Part shown: positions 8,107 through 17,087 of the stretch, piece by piece
Layout: every line of letters begins with the position of its first letter
How positions within the stretch are numbered: position 1 is the first letter of the stretch
Position numbers and translations under genes: made by a program
The notes under the pieces: model-generated
Told to the model about the DNA's origin: nothing
Database searches by the model: none
The model's input: the letters and a program-made list of their open reading frames with translations, nothing else
DNA from: an uncultured Muribaculaceae bacterium
GTDB lineage: Bacteria > Bacillota_I > Bacilli_A > RF39 > UBA660
DNA: 38,383 nt
Assembly (NCBI GenBank): GCA_964440405.1
Contig: CAYTSB010000002.1
Span: forward strand, 1-38,383
Direction of reading: 5' to 3'

Positions 8107-8535
8107 TTTTCTAGTTTGATATTCTTGTAACGCTTTTTTTAAGCCAATAATCGGAATTAATGCACAAGTCTTTCTGTTTTGTTGGAGGTATATAGTATTA
8201 AACACAATGGCTTCACTCATTAAATCCTTTTGATATTCTTCCCCATTAATCATTTTTTCATAGTTTAAAATAAAAGTATTAATAAAGTCTAAATTCTTAC
8301 CAATTAATGTTTTTAAAATTATGGAAGTGGAACTTGTGGAGATGGCACAGGCTTCTCCATCAAAATAGATGTCCTCTAAAATATTGTTATTGATCTTCAA
8401 ATATAAATTAATATTATCAATACAAGAAGAATTATTGGCATTGGCAGTTATAAAATCTGAATCGTTAATAGTTTTTTTATTAAAAGGGTGACTATTATTT
8501 TCTAAAATTATTTCTCTTTTTATTTCTTCTTCCAT
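8101..8535 (-). CDS. sufU: SufU (NifU/IscU-like) sulfur-transfer / Fe-S scaffold protein
   Basis: Three conserved Cys contexts (NSSCIDN, GEACAISTSS, RKTCALIP). TAATG overlap with sufS. Confidence 0.85.
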   Translation of the reverse strand: MEEEIKREIILENNSHPFNKKTINDSDFITANANNSSCIDNINLYLKINNNILEDIYFDGEACAISTSSTSIILKTLIGKNLDFINTFILNYEKMINGEEYQKDLMSEAIVFNTIYLQQNRKTCALIPIIGLKKALQEYQTRKK

Positions 8536-9734
8536 TACAACATCTCTTTCATTATTCTTTCTTTGTCACTGATTAACTCAATGAAGTTATCAATTTCTTC
8601 CAAAGTATTATAGAAATATAAACTTATTCTAACTGTGTTAGTAACGCCTGTTTCTTCTTTTAAAGCTTTGGCACAATGATTACCTGCTCTAACACAGATA
8701 TTATATTTATTTAGATAAAAAGCTACATCCTGACTGAATATTCCTTCAACATTAAATGCTATAATGCCCGAATCACTTTTAATATTAAGGATATCAATAT
8801 GAGGAATCTGTATTAACTTGCTAACCAAATATTTTTTTAAGTTAGATTCATATTCATTAATATCATCCATTCCAATCTTACTTAAATATTTTACTGCTGC
8901 CCCTAAACCGATTACTGCTGCAATATTAGGAGTTCCACCTTCTAAGCGATAAGGAAGTTCTTTTAAAAGCACATCATCATGAGTTGTGAAGTTTTCATTC
9001 ATTCCTCCACCTAAATTCTGTGGTTCCATTCTTTCCAGCAACATTTTATTACCATATAATACTCCTACTCCAGTTGGACCTACCATTTTATGACCTGAAA
9101 ATACTAGAAAATCAGGATCTAAAAAAGTAACATCAACTTTCATATGAGGAACACTTTGAGCGGCATCAACTAAAACATATATTCCTAATTCATGAGCATA
9201 ATTAATGATTTCCTTAATTGGTCTAACATCGCCAATTACATTTGTTACATGAGCAAGACTAATAACCTTAGTAAGTGGAGTGATAGCTTTCTTCAAATTA
9301 TCTAAAGTAACTTCATAGTCTTCATTTAAAGGTATATAACTAATTTTTAAATTTTTATTTTTAGCTAGGCGAAACCAAGGAAGAACATTTGATGCATGTT
9401 CACTTTTAGTAAGTAAAATTTCATCATTTTCTGCTAATACAGTTTTGAAAAACCCTTCAACAACCATGTTAATACCATTAGTAGTTCCACTGGTAAATAT
9501 AATTTGTTCTCTAGTAGGAGCGTTAATAAATTCTTTAACTAAATCTCTTGCTTGTTCATATTCTTTATCAACTTCATAGGAAATATCATAGTCGCCTCTT
9601 TTAATATTAGAACAATAGTTATTGTAATAGCCATTCATTTTATTAATAACACTGTTTGGTTTAAATGATGTTGCTGCATTATCAAAATAAATTAAATCAT
9701 GATTTAACATTTTAAAATCATCTTTATAATTCAT
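8535..9734 (-). CDS. sufS: cysteine desulfurase SufS (class V aminotransferase)
   Basis: FDNAATSFKP, SGHKMVGPTGVGVLYG (PLP Lys) and RAGNHCA (active-site Cys). Confidence 0.93.
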   Translation of the reverse strand: MNYKDDFKMLNHDLIYFDNAATSFKPNSVINKMNGYYNNYCSNIKRGDYDISYEVDKEYEQARDLVKEFINAPTREQIIFTSGTTNGINMVVEGFFKTVLAENDEILLTKSEHASNVLPWFRLAKNKNLKISYIPLNEDYEVTLDNLKKAITPLTKVISLAHVTNVIGDVRPIKEIINYAHELGIYVLVDAAQSVPHMKVDVTFLDPDFLVFSGHKMVGPTGVGVLYGNKMLLERMEPQNLGGGMNENFTTHDDVLLKELPYRLEGGTPNIAAVIGLGAAVKYLSKIGMDDINEYESNLKKYLVSKLIQIPHIDILNIKSDSGIIAFNVEGIFSQDVAFYLNKYNICVRAGNHCAKALKEETGVTNTVRISLYFYNTLEEIDNFIELISDKERIMKEML

Positions 9735-9747
9735 TTTACACCTCCTT

Positions 9748-10401
9748 TTATAAATTAATATTTTCTTCCAGACAAAGGATATTATTTAAAATAAATCCTC
9801 TTTTAATAATATCTTTGGCTTTGCTGCTACTAATTCCTTTACTTTCTAGATATAGCAAATATTCTTTATTGATTCCAGAACATGTTGCATTGTGAACAGC
9901 TTCTATATCATTAGAATTAACTTCTAAATTAGGATTAATTTCACTTTCATAATTATTTAAAGTAAGAATTCTAATATCTTCTTTAAAAAAATTACCATGA
10001 GTATCATCCTTTACATCACCATTACTTTTTATATACAGTGATCCTTTATTAGCAGTTACTCCCCTTATAATAATATTGCTTTTCATATTATTCCCATTTA
10101 CATTATTTATAATATCTATTTTTTTAGTTTTTTTAGTAATTATTGAATAATTGAAATTTAATACTGAATTGTCCAGACTGTTAACAGTGATTTTTATATC
10201 ATTACTTCTATTATCAAATTTGTAATAGTCTAAAGTACTATCTTTATCTAAATTAATTGTATATGTTATATTAGAACTAGATTTATTTATTTCTTTAATT
10301 ATTACCTTACCAGAGATATTTAATACGACATTTTTTTTAATATTTAGATTAAACTCGCTGTCTTTTAAATTTAAAATGTCACCTAATAATATATTATTCA
10401 T
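9748..10401 (-). CDS. short SufB/SufD-family protein (beta-helix core plus C-terminal helices only)
   Basis: C-terminus AVHNATCSGINKEYLLYLESKGISSSKAKDIIKRGF resembles the conserved SufB/D C-terminal region, and the gene sits between sufC and sufS. Only about 217 aa. ATG at 10401 overlaps the sufC stop (alternative GTG at 10416). Confidence 0.7.
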   Translation of the reverse strand: MNNILLGDILNLKDSEFNLNIKKNVVLNISGKVIIKEINKSSSNITYTINLDKDSTLDYYKFDNRSNDIKITVNSLDNSVLNFNYSIITKKTKKIDIINNVNGNNMKSNIIIRGVTANKGSLYIKSNGDVKDDTHGNFFKEDIRILTLNNYESEINPNLEVNSNDIEAVHNATCSGINKEYLLYLESKGISSSKAKDIIKRGFILNNILCLEENINL

Positions 10402-11146
10402 AATTATCTTTCCCACTTATATTAAATGCCTCAAACCCATTTAATTCTATTTCATGAGCTAGGGTTATGTCTCCGGTTTTAACAATTTTTTTATTATTTA
10501 GAACATGAACATAATCTGGCTTTAAAGATTTTAATATTTGATCATGGTGAGTAATTATTAAAAGTGATGCCTGATACTCTTCTAAATATTCTTTAATACT
10601 TTTAGCTACTATTTTAAGTGAATCAACATCTAATCCAGAGTCAATCTCATCCAAGATAATAAATTGGGGTTTTAAAATCCACATGTGCAAAAGTTCCATT
10701 TTTTTTCTTTCGCCGCCGCTCATTCCCTCATTAATATTACGATGAATGAAATTAACAGGGATTTTTAGTTTCTCACACATCTTTTTTAACTCTTCATTAA
10801 AATCAAATATTTTGACATAGTCATTTAGTTTTTCGGATAGCGCTGTTCTAAGCATCATAGCGTTAGATACTCCTTCAATCGCAATCGGATTTTGATTAAT
10901 TAAATAAATACCCATTCTGGCTCTTTCAGTTGGATTTAATTTATTAATATTAACTTTATTATAATTAATTACCCCATCAGCAATTTTATAATCAGAATCT
11001 CCAATTAAAACTTTACAAATAGTACTTTTACCGACCCCATTATGACCCATAATGGCGTGAATTTCGCCAGCTTTTATTTTTAAATTAAATTTATCTAAAA
11101 TAATTTTATTATTAACTTTAATTTTTAAATCTTTTATTTCTAACAT
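10394..11146 (-). CDS. sufC: Fe-S cluster assembly ATPase SufC
   Basis: Walker A GHNGVGKST, signature MSGGERKK, Walker B IILDEIDSGLD. ATG at 11146 behind SD GGGAGG. Confidence 0.92.
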   Translation of the reverse strand: MLEIKDLKIKVNNKIILDKFNLKIKAGEIHAIMGHNGVGKSTICKVLIGDSDYKIADGVINYNKVNINKLNPTERARMGIYLINQNPIAIEGVSNAMMLRTALSEKLNDYVKIFDFNEELKKMCEKLKIPVNFIHRNINEGMSGGERKKMELLHMWILKPQFIILDEIDSGLDVDSLKIVAKSIKEYLEEYQASLLIITHHDQILKSLKPDYVHVLNNKKIVKTGDITLAHEIELNGFEAFNISGKDNYE

Positions 11147-11166
11147 TGGTTTTGCCTCCCGTAAAT

Positions 11167-11195
11167 ATAATATCACAAAGCCGGATGGTTTAAAA
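11167..11195 (-). promoter_or_regulatory. candidate promoter of the suf operon
   Basis: Minus strand TTTTAA - 17 nt - TATTAT with TGA extended -10. Confidence 0.35.
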
Positions 11196-11216
11196 CATTT
11201 AAAAAGAAATTTAGTT

Positions 11217-12521
11217 TTAAATTCCTTTTTCTTTAATCCCTTTAAATACCTTTTTCCATAAATCTTTTGATGAGTAATTTAAAATACCTATTTTATATAC
11301 TCTAAGACCATACTTAATTAATAAATAAACTGCTCCAACCATAATTATGATTGCTATTCCCAAATCAATTAATGTTGTTTGTCCCAATAAGAATAAAATT
11401 GGAGACAGCATAACTGAAATAAATGGAATAAATGATACTGCCTTAATTAGAAGTGATCCTTCAAAAATACTGGCCATAATTGCTAAATAATAACCAATAA
11501 CACAAATAATCATAATTGGCCCTTGAAGTTGTTGATAGTCTTCAACACTAGTAGTCATCGAAGCCATAATTCCTGCAAATAAACCATATGCTAAAAATGA
11601 TATTAATGCCAAAATAATAAATAAAATAATAAATGGTACTAAATTATCAATTACGCCAAAGCCCTTTAAAATATCAATAATACTATTAAATGTAGTATCA
11701 ATGCTACTAGTTGCTCCATTAAATAATTTTTTAATTAGCAATCCTACTCCCGTATAAGTTAAAAACAAAGTGCCCTGAAGTAAAACAAATAAAGCAGTCC
11801 CAATAATTTTACTAAAGAAATGAGATTCTGGTGGAATGCTAGAAATAATAATTTCCATTCCTCTAGTTGATTTTTCTTCATTAATGTCTGCTCCAATAAA
11901 TTGGATTAACATAACAATTAGCATGAAAAATGGCACAATAACTATGGGAATTAAAACTCCACTTAATATTTCTTTAGTTTTACTATCCTCATTTGATTCA
12001 TTAAGATAAGTATTTTCTATATTTAAATTACTGCTTAAATTTAATTTATCTTTAGCACTGATATTTAAATCACCAATAATAGAATCTTTTTGAACTGCAC
12101 TTAAACTATTATAGATAACTTGATAACTTAAAGAATTAACACTATTGTAACTAATTAATTCACTAGTAAATTCCTTGTTTTCATAATTAATTACAATAAT
12201 AATATTTTTAGTATCTTTAAGTTCCTCTTTAGCTTCATTTAAGTTTTTATCAAGAGCTTTAACTTCATAATTTGTTAAATCACTGGTAGTTGAAGAAACA
12301 TAACTATAATAGGTTTTAAATAGATTGTAAGTGTTTTCATCGCTAACCACATAGATATTATTGGTTTTATCAAAATCACCACCAAAATAAGCGATAATGC
12401 TGTTTAAATTAATTAAACCAGTAATCAATAATATAAAGATAGCATTAACTACTATAAACCATTTAGTTTTAACCTTCTTTAAAAAGGTGTTTTTAATTAG
12501 AAATTTAACTTTATTTTTCAT
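11217..12521 (-). CDS. ABC-2 type (NatB-like) transporter permease
   Basis: N-terminal TM, a large extracytoplasmic loop, then about 5 C-terminal TM helices. Overlaps the upstream ATPase gene. ATG at 12521 preferred. Confidence 0.7.
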   Translation of the reverse strand: MKNKVKFLIKNTFLKKVKTKWFIVVNAIFILLITGLINLNSIIAYFGGDFDKTNNIYVVSDENTYNLFKTYYSYVSSTTSDLTNYEVKALDKNLNEAKEELKDTKNIIIVINYENKEFTSELISYNSVNSLSYQVIYNSLSAVQKDSIIGDLNISAKDKLNLSSNLNIENTYLNESNEDSKTKEILSGVLIPIVIVPFFMLIVMLIQFIGADINEEKSTRGMEIIISSIPPESHFFSKIIGTALFVLLQGTLFLTYTGVGLLIKKLFNGATSSIDTTFNSIIDILKGFGVIDNLVPFIILFIILALISFLAYGLFAGIMASMTTSVEDYQQLQGPIMIICVIGYYLAIMASIFEGSLLIKAVSFIPFISVMLSPILFLLGQTTLIDLGIAIIIMVGAVYLLIKYGLRVYKIGILNYSSKDLWKKVFKGIKEKGI

Positions 12522-13410
12522 ATGCTTCACCAACTTTACTAACAAATATTTCATTTAAGGAAGGCTCCTCAACTACAAACTTATTAATATTTTTACTTTT
12601 ACCAACTAATTTAAATACTTTTGAAACAAAAGTGTCATCTTTAATTTTAACATTGATATCTGCACCAACTTTTTTAACTTCAACTACACCATCTATTTCT
12701 TTTAGATCTTTAATATTAACATCGCCATTAATAATAATCGTCTTCTTACGATAAGCTGCTTTAATATCTTTTAATTTACCACTTAAAACGCTTTTGCCTT
12801 TAACCAAAATAACTACACTCTCACAAAACATTTCAACATGTTCCATCCGGTGTGACGAAAATATTATAATGCACCCTTCTTCTTTTAATTCTCTAATAAC
12901 AGCCATAAACATTTCAATATTAATTGGATCAAGTCCTGTAAAAGGCTCATCTAGAATCAATAGTTTAGGCTGGTTGATAATTGCCATAATAAACTGAATC
13001 TTTTGTTGATTACCTTTACTTAATTCCTTGATTTTACGATTTAAATATTCAGAAATTTCAAATCTTTTTAATAATTTATCTAATCTTTTTAATATCTCCT
13101 CTTCGCTTATCCCTTTTAGAGTTCCGTAAAATATGGCCTGTTCTTTAACTGTTAATTTAACAAGCAGACTTCTATCCTCTGATAAAAATCCAATTCGATC
13201 AGTTACAGTATAGTCAATTGGCTTATCATTAAGAGTTATTTCACCATTGTTTTTATCTAATAATCCTAAAATCATTCTAAAAGTTGTTGTCTTACCAGCA
13301 CCATTAACTCCTAAAAGGCCAAATACTTCTCCTTTACCTACTGTAAATGATAAATCATCTACAGCTAAAATATCACCATAATATTTCGTTATATTTTTAA
13401 CTTTTAACAT
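12511..13410 (-). CDS. ABC transporter ATP-binding protein (NatA-like)
   Basis: Walker A GVNGAGKTT, signature LSKGNQQK, Walker B LILDEPFTGLD. Confidence 0.88.
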   Translation of the reverse strand: MLKVKNITKYYGDILAVDDLSFTVGKGEVFGLLGVNGAGKTTTFRMILGLLDKNNGEITLNDKPIDYTVTDRIGFLSEDRSLLVKLTVKEQAIFYGTLKGISEEEILKRLDKLLKRFEISEYLNRKIKELSKGNQQKIQFIMAIINQPKLLILDEPFTGLDPINIEMFMAVIRELKEEGCIIIFSSHRMEHVEMFCESVVILVKGKSVLSGKLKDIKAAYRKKTIIINGDVNIKDLKEIDGVVEVKKVGADINVKIKDDTFVSKVFKLVGKSKNINKFVVEEPSLNEIFVSKVGEAYEK

Positions 13411-13425
13411 TATATCACCTTTTTA

Positions 13426-13454
13426 ATTATACAATAAATCTTATTAAATGTTAA
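13426..13454 (-). promoter_or_regulatory. sigma-A promoter of the ABC transporter operon
   Basis: Minus strand TTAACA - 17 nt - TATAAT. Confidence 0.5.
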
Positions 13455-13516
13455 ATTAATTAAGAATAAACTTCATTTTAAATCATAATATTAATTAGAT
13501 TAATGGAGGGATTAAT

Positions 13517-14005
13517 GTGATTAATAAGCAAAATTTATGGTTTTTAACATTATTTAGTTTAATTCTGGTTTTAAGTATCTTTTATTTAACAATGGGTAAT
13601 GAAAGTCTAACTAATAAGATAACTGGTAATAATAATGATTTAGCTACTGTTAAGATTAATGAAAGCGATGTTTTAACAGCACTAAGGGTTAATGCTGATG
13701 AAGAAAGATTAGAAGAAATGGATACACTTCAGGAAATATTATTAGATACTAAATCAACTATGGAAGAAAAAAATAATGCTTATGAGACTCTAAAAGATTT
13801 AAACTTAAATAAGGGCAAAGAAGAAAAATTGGAAAAATTAATTTTAGATACTTATAAATTGCAGGCATTTGTTAAAATTAAAAATGATCAGATTAGTATT
13901 GTTATTGCTAACAAAGAACACAGCGATTCTGTAGCTAATAACATTATTAGAACTGTTCAAAAAGAATATGAAAATCAAATGTATATTACTGTTAAATTTC
14001 AATAA
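13517..14005 (+). CDS. spoIIIAH: SpoIIIAH-like sporulation protein (stand-alone)
   Basis: GTG start 6 nt after GGAGGG. N-terminus INKQNLWFLTLFSLILVLSIFYL parallels B. subtilis SpoIIIAH (KKQTVWLLTMLSLVVVLSVYYI), and the C-terminal region resembles it. From memory. Confidence 0.6.
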   Translation: MINKQNLWFLTLFSLILVLSIFYLTMGNESLTNKITGNNNDLATVKINESDVLTALRVNADEERLEEMDTLQEILLDTKSTMEEKNNAYETLKDLNLNKGKEEKLEKLILDTYKLQAFVKIKNDQISIVIANKEHSDSVANNIIRTVQKEYENQMYITVKFQ

Positions 14006-14021
14006 TTGGGCATTATCGCTC

Positions 14022-14049
14022 ACTAAGAATTAATTTATGTCATAAAATA
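14022..14049 (+). promoter_or_regulatory. sigma-K type promoter candidate upstream of gerE
   Basis: AC - 17 nt - CATAAAATA fits the mother-cell sigma-K pattern AC-17-CATAnnnTA. B. subtilis gerE is sigma-K dependent. Confidence 0.4.
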
Positions 14050-14093
14050 CTATGAATAAAGAGTAAACCCATCTTTAGAAAGTGAGGTATTTT

Positions 14094-14303
14094 ATGAAAA
14101 AGAATATTTTGACCTCTAGAGAACAAGAAGTATTTAATTTACTTGTGTTAAATAAAGGGACAAAAGATATAAGCAAAGAGCTAGGAATAAGTGAAAAAAC
14201 GGTTAGAAACCATATATCAAATGCAATGCAAAAATTAGGGGTTAAAGGTCGAGCTCAAGCAGTTGTTGAACTTTTAAAATTAGGGGAGATAACATTAGAT
14301 TAA
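14094..14303 (+). CDS. gerE: GerE, LuxR/FixJ-type HTH sporulation transcription regulator
   Basis: LTSREQEVFNLLVLNKGTKDISKELGISEKTVRNHISNAMQKLGVKGRAQAVVELLKLGE is near-identical in pattern to B. subtilis GerE. ATG at 14094 behind GTGAGG. Confidence 0.88.
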   Translation: MKKNILTSREQEVFNLLVLNKGTKDISKELGISEKTVRNHISNAMQKLGVKGRAQAVVELLKLGEITLD

Positions 14304-14325
14304 AGAGGTCTAGACCTCTTTTTTA
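14303..14325 (+). terminator. intrinsic terminator after gerE
   Basis: AAGAGGTC-TA-GACCTCTT followed by TTTT. Confidence 0.7.
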
Positions 14326-14354
14326 ATGCATAAAATTGATTAGGTGATTGGATA

Positions 14355-15305
14355 ATGCTTAAAAAAAATGCTTTACAAAGAATATTTATGGCTTCCCTAT
14401 CTTTAGCCATTGCTTTAATTATTTATTTATTCCCGACTAAAGACAATAATCCAGTAACAATTACTAAAAACACTAATTATAAAAACCTGGATGGTGACAT
14501 TGTCTATTTATTAGATAATAACTATTATATTGCTAGAACCAGTGTAGCTATTTTAAGTAAATCTACAATTGATAAATGTAAGGAAATAATTGAAACCTTA
14601 ACTGTTGGCAGTTCAAAAAAAGAAATCATTCCACAGGGATTTAAACAAATAATTCCTAAAAACACAAAAATTAATTCAATTAGTTTAAAAGATGGTTTGT
14701 TAAAAATTGACTTTTCAAAAGAATTATTAAATATTAATGCTGATTTAGAAGAAAAAATGATTGAATCTATTGTTTACTCTTTAACTATTTTGGATGAAGT
14801 TAAAAATATTTTAATATTTGTTAATGGGGAATTATTAACTGCTTTAAATGATGGTACTATTCTGCCCAACCCTTTAAATAGAAATTTTGGGATCAATAAA
14901 GTCTACGATATTGAAAAAATTAAAAACACAACTAAAGTAACTATTTATTATATTAGTAAATATCATGATTATTATTACTATGTTCCAGTTACCAAAATAA
15001 GCAATGAACCAGGCAATAAAATGGAAATTATTATTAATGAGTTAAAATCAAGTCCAATTAGAGAAACTAATTTAATGAGTTATCTGGCCAGTAATTTAGA
15101 ATTATTAAATTATGAATTATTAGAGCAAAAAATCAATTTAAGTTTTAATAAATACCTCTTGGATGACTTTAATGACAAAAATATTTTAGAAGAAGTTAAA
15201 TATACAATTGGTCTATCAGTTATGGAAAATTTTAATGTTAAAGAAATAAATTTCTTTGTTGATGATGAGAAAGTATTAGACATTTTAACAAAAAACCTTG
15301 AATAA
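14355..15305 (+). CDS. gerM: GerM-like protein (two GerMN-type domains, N-terminal membrane anchor)
   Basis: TM anchor, then two repeats of the pattern ...L(K/N)(I/L)(D/S)FSKE...ESIVYSLT...V..I.F.V(N/D)(G/D)E... typical of GerMN domains. Close to gerE, as in B. subtilis. Confidence 0.55.
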   Translation: MLKKNALQRIFMASLSLAIALIIYLFPTKDNNPVTITKNTNYKNLDGDIVYLLDNNYYIARTSVAILSKSTIDKCKEIIETLTVGSSKKEIIPQGFKQIIPKNTKINSISLKDGLLKIDFSKELLNINADLEEKMIESIVYSLTILDEVKNILIFVNGELLTALNDGTILPNPLNRNFGINKVYDIEKIKNTTKVTIYYISKYHDYYYYVPVTKISNEPGNKMEIIINELKSSPIRETNLMSYLASNLELLNYELLEQKINLSFNKYLLDDFNDKNILEEVKYTIGLSVMENFNVKEINFFVDDEKVLDILTKNLE

Positions 15306-15326
15306 TCTATGAATTTGGTATATAAT
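15298..15326 (+). promoter_or_regulatory. sigma-A promoter for tRNA-Arg
   Basis: TTGAAT - 17 nt - TATAAT. The -35 overlaps the gerM-like stop codon. Confidence 0.5.
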
Positions 15327-15344
15327 CTATTTGTTCCAATTGAT

Positions 15345-15421
15345 GTCCACGTAGCTCAGTTGGATAGAGCATATGCCTTCTAAGCATACGGTCGGGAGTT
15401 CAAATCTCTCCGTGGACGCCA
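15345..15421 (+). tRNA. tRNA-Arg (anticodon TCT), CCA encoded
   Basis: Manual cloverleaf: acceptor GTCCACG/CGTGGAC, D stem GCTC/GAGC, anticodon stem TATGC/GCATA with loop CTTCTAA, T arm GGGAG-TTCAAAT-CTCTC, discriminator G then CCA. Confidence 0.93.
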
Positions 15422-15431
15422 TTAAAAAAAT

Positions 15432-15460
15432 AAAACAGAAAATTTAATTTCTGTTTTTTC
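15432..15460. terminator. bidirectional intrinsic terminator (tRNA-Arg / convergent 143-aa gene)
   Basis: AACAGAAA-loop-TTTCTGTT with TTTT downstream and AAAA upstream. The stop codon of the minus-strand gene lies in the loop. Confidence 0.6.
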
Positions 15461-15875
15461 TTGCTCTAATCTTTTTTAATTTCTTTTGAGATAATGGTTC
15501 TCTTGTCATTAATTTTTCTAAAGTTAAATCAACTACCTTTGTTTTTTCTATTATTTCACCTGATTTGAAATATTCTCTTGATTCAACGGTTAGCATATTT
15601 GCTACTTTATCATGAGTAAAGCTTTCTCTCATGAATACCTGTAAATTATCTGGATCAAAGCCACGTATAATATCTAGAAAATAAGTATCTGGGTCTTGCT
15701 TTTTCCTTTTTCTTTTAATCATAGGTAATACATAATAAGTTGCATTAAACATTTCGCAAGTAAAATCATGATTATACTCATCAAATGTTAACGAACTTTT
15801 CAAATCGTGAGCAGTTAAATATTCTTCATATATTGGTTTAAATTCTGAATGTTCGTATAATTCTTTTATCTCCAT
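15444..15875 (-). CDS. hypothetical protein (143 aa, basic C-terminal tail)
   Basis: Clean ORF with ATG start. No family recognised. Confidence 0.6.
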   Translation of the reverse strand: MEIKELYEHSEFKPIYEEYLTAHDLKSSLTFDEYNHDFTCEMFNATYYVLPMIKRKRKKQDPDTYFLDIIRGFDPDNLQVFMRESFTHDKVANMLTVESREYFKSGEIIEKTKVVDLTLEKLMTREPLSQKKLKKIRARKNRN

Positions 15876-15948
15876 ATAAGCCTCTTTCTGTTTGTTTATT
15901 ATAACAAAATAATTTTTAAATGCAATATTTATGTTAAAATTATCCTAG

Positions 15949-16485
15949 GTGATGATGATGAGAATAGAAACTATTTTAGTTGGGAACTTTACTAATTGTT
16001 ATTTAGTAATTAAAAATGATCAGTGTTTAATAGTTGATCCGGGATTTGATAGTAACAGGATTATTAAAAAAATCAACGATTTAAAATTAAAAGTAGCTGG
16101 TATTTTAATTACTCATGCTCACTTTGATCATATTGGAGAACTAAGTAATTTAAAAACATATTTTAAAGTGGATGCTTATGACTTTAATAATTTAGAAGAA
16201 AAAAATTATCAAATTGGTATTTTTAATTTTAATATAATCTATACTCCTGGTCATACTTCTGATAGCATTACTTTTTATTTTAAGGAGATTGAAACAATGC
16301 TAGTTGGAGATTTTATTTTTTTAGAAGATATTGGCCGTTGTGACTTACCTACTGGGGATATTAACATCATGAAAAATAGTATTCAAAAAATTAAGCAATA
16401 TAATCCTTATATTAAAGTTTACCCCGGACATGAAGAAGCTACTACTCTGGCTCATGAAATAAAATATAACCCTTATTTCAAGTAA
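15949..16485 (+). CDS. MBL-fold metallo-hydrolase (short, YqgX-like)
   Basis: ILITHAHFDHIG (HxHxDH), TPGHTSDS and a later PGHE. Start ambiguous among GTG/ATG codons at 15949-15960. Confidence 0.8.
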   Translation: MMMMRIETILVGNFTNCYLVIKNDQCLIVDPGFDSNRIIKKINDLKLKVAGILITHAHFDHIGELSNLKTYFKVDAYDFNNLEEKNYQIGIFNFNIIYTPGHTSDSITFYFKEIETMLVGDFIFLEDIGRCDLPTGDINIMKNSIQKIKQYNPYIKVYPGHEEATTLAHEIKYNPYFK

Positions 16486-16504
16486 AAAAGAGCTTTAAGC
16501 TCTT
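16483..16504 (-). terminator. intrinsic terminator after efp
   Basis: Minus strand AAGAGC-TTAAA-GCTCTT then TTTTTT. The efp stop codon lies in the loop. Confidence 0.5.
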
Positions 16505-17055
16505 CCATCATATTTACCATCTTTAGTCGAAATTATAATTCTCTCACCATTAGAAATAAATAATGGTACTTTAACAATATAACCGGTTTCAATAGTGGCA
16601 TCCTTCATCGCATTACTTGTAGTATTGCCTTTAACAGCATCAGTTGTTTCAGTAATCAAATAATCAATTTTTTCTGGCAAATCAATCCCAATAATTAAAT
16701 TATTAAAATATGAAATATTTATTTCTAGATTTTCTTTTAAATATTTTATTTCATCTTTCAATCTACTCATCGGAATTTCTATTTGTTCATAAGTATCATT
16801 ATCCATAAATACATAGTTATCACCAGCATTATAAAGATATTGCATTTTTTTCTTTTCAACATGCGCTTTTTCAATTTTAGTAGTGGTATTATAAGTATCT
16901 TCGGTAATAGACCCAGTATTCAAGTTTTTTAATTTCATTCTAACAAAAGCTGGTCCTTTACCGGGTTTAACATGTTGAAAATCTAGGATTTGACATAAAG
17001 CTCCATCCATTAAAATAGTCATCCCGTTTTTAATATCATTAATATTTATATTCAT
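16495..17055 (-). CDS. efp: translation elongation factor P
   Basis: MNININDIKNGMTILMDGALCQILDFQHVKPGKGPAFVRMKLKNL is canonical EF-P. Confidence 0.95.
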   Translation of the reverse strand: MNININDIKNGMTILMDGALCQILDFQHVKPGKGPAFVRMKLKNLNTGSITEDTYNTTTKIEKAHVEKKKMQYLYNAGDNYVFMDNDTYEQIEIPMSRLKDEIKYLKENLEINISYFNNLIIGIDLPEKIDYLITETTDAVKGNTTSNAMKDATIETGYIVKVPLFISNGERIIISTKDGKYDGRA

Positions 17056-17087
17056 TTTAATTTTCCTTTCACTTTAAAAAAAAGAAT

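Noticed and set aside
12794-12997. 67-aa plus-strand ORF
   Set aside because: It is antisense within the ABC ATPase gene, whose Walker and signature motifs are clear.
13463-13491. Sigma-E type promoter upstream of the spoIIIAH-like gene
   Set aside because: The -10-like CATAATAT is acceptable, but the -35 region (AGAATAA) is a poor match. In DNA this AT-rich, such matches are expected by chance. It is mentioned only inside the finding.
15345-15875. tRNA-Arg as an integration hotspot with the downstream 143-aa gene as island cargo
   Set aside because: There is no integrase, no repeat of the tRNA 3' end, and no compositional break. The flanking genes (MBL hydrolase, efp) are ordinary core genes.
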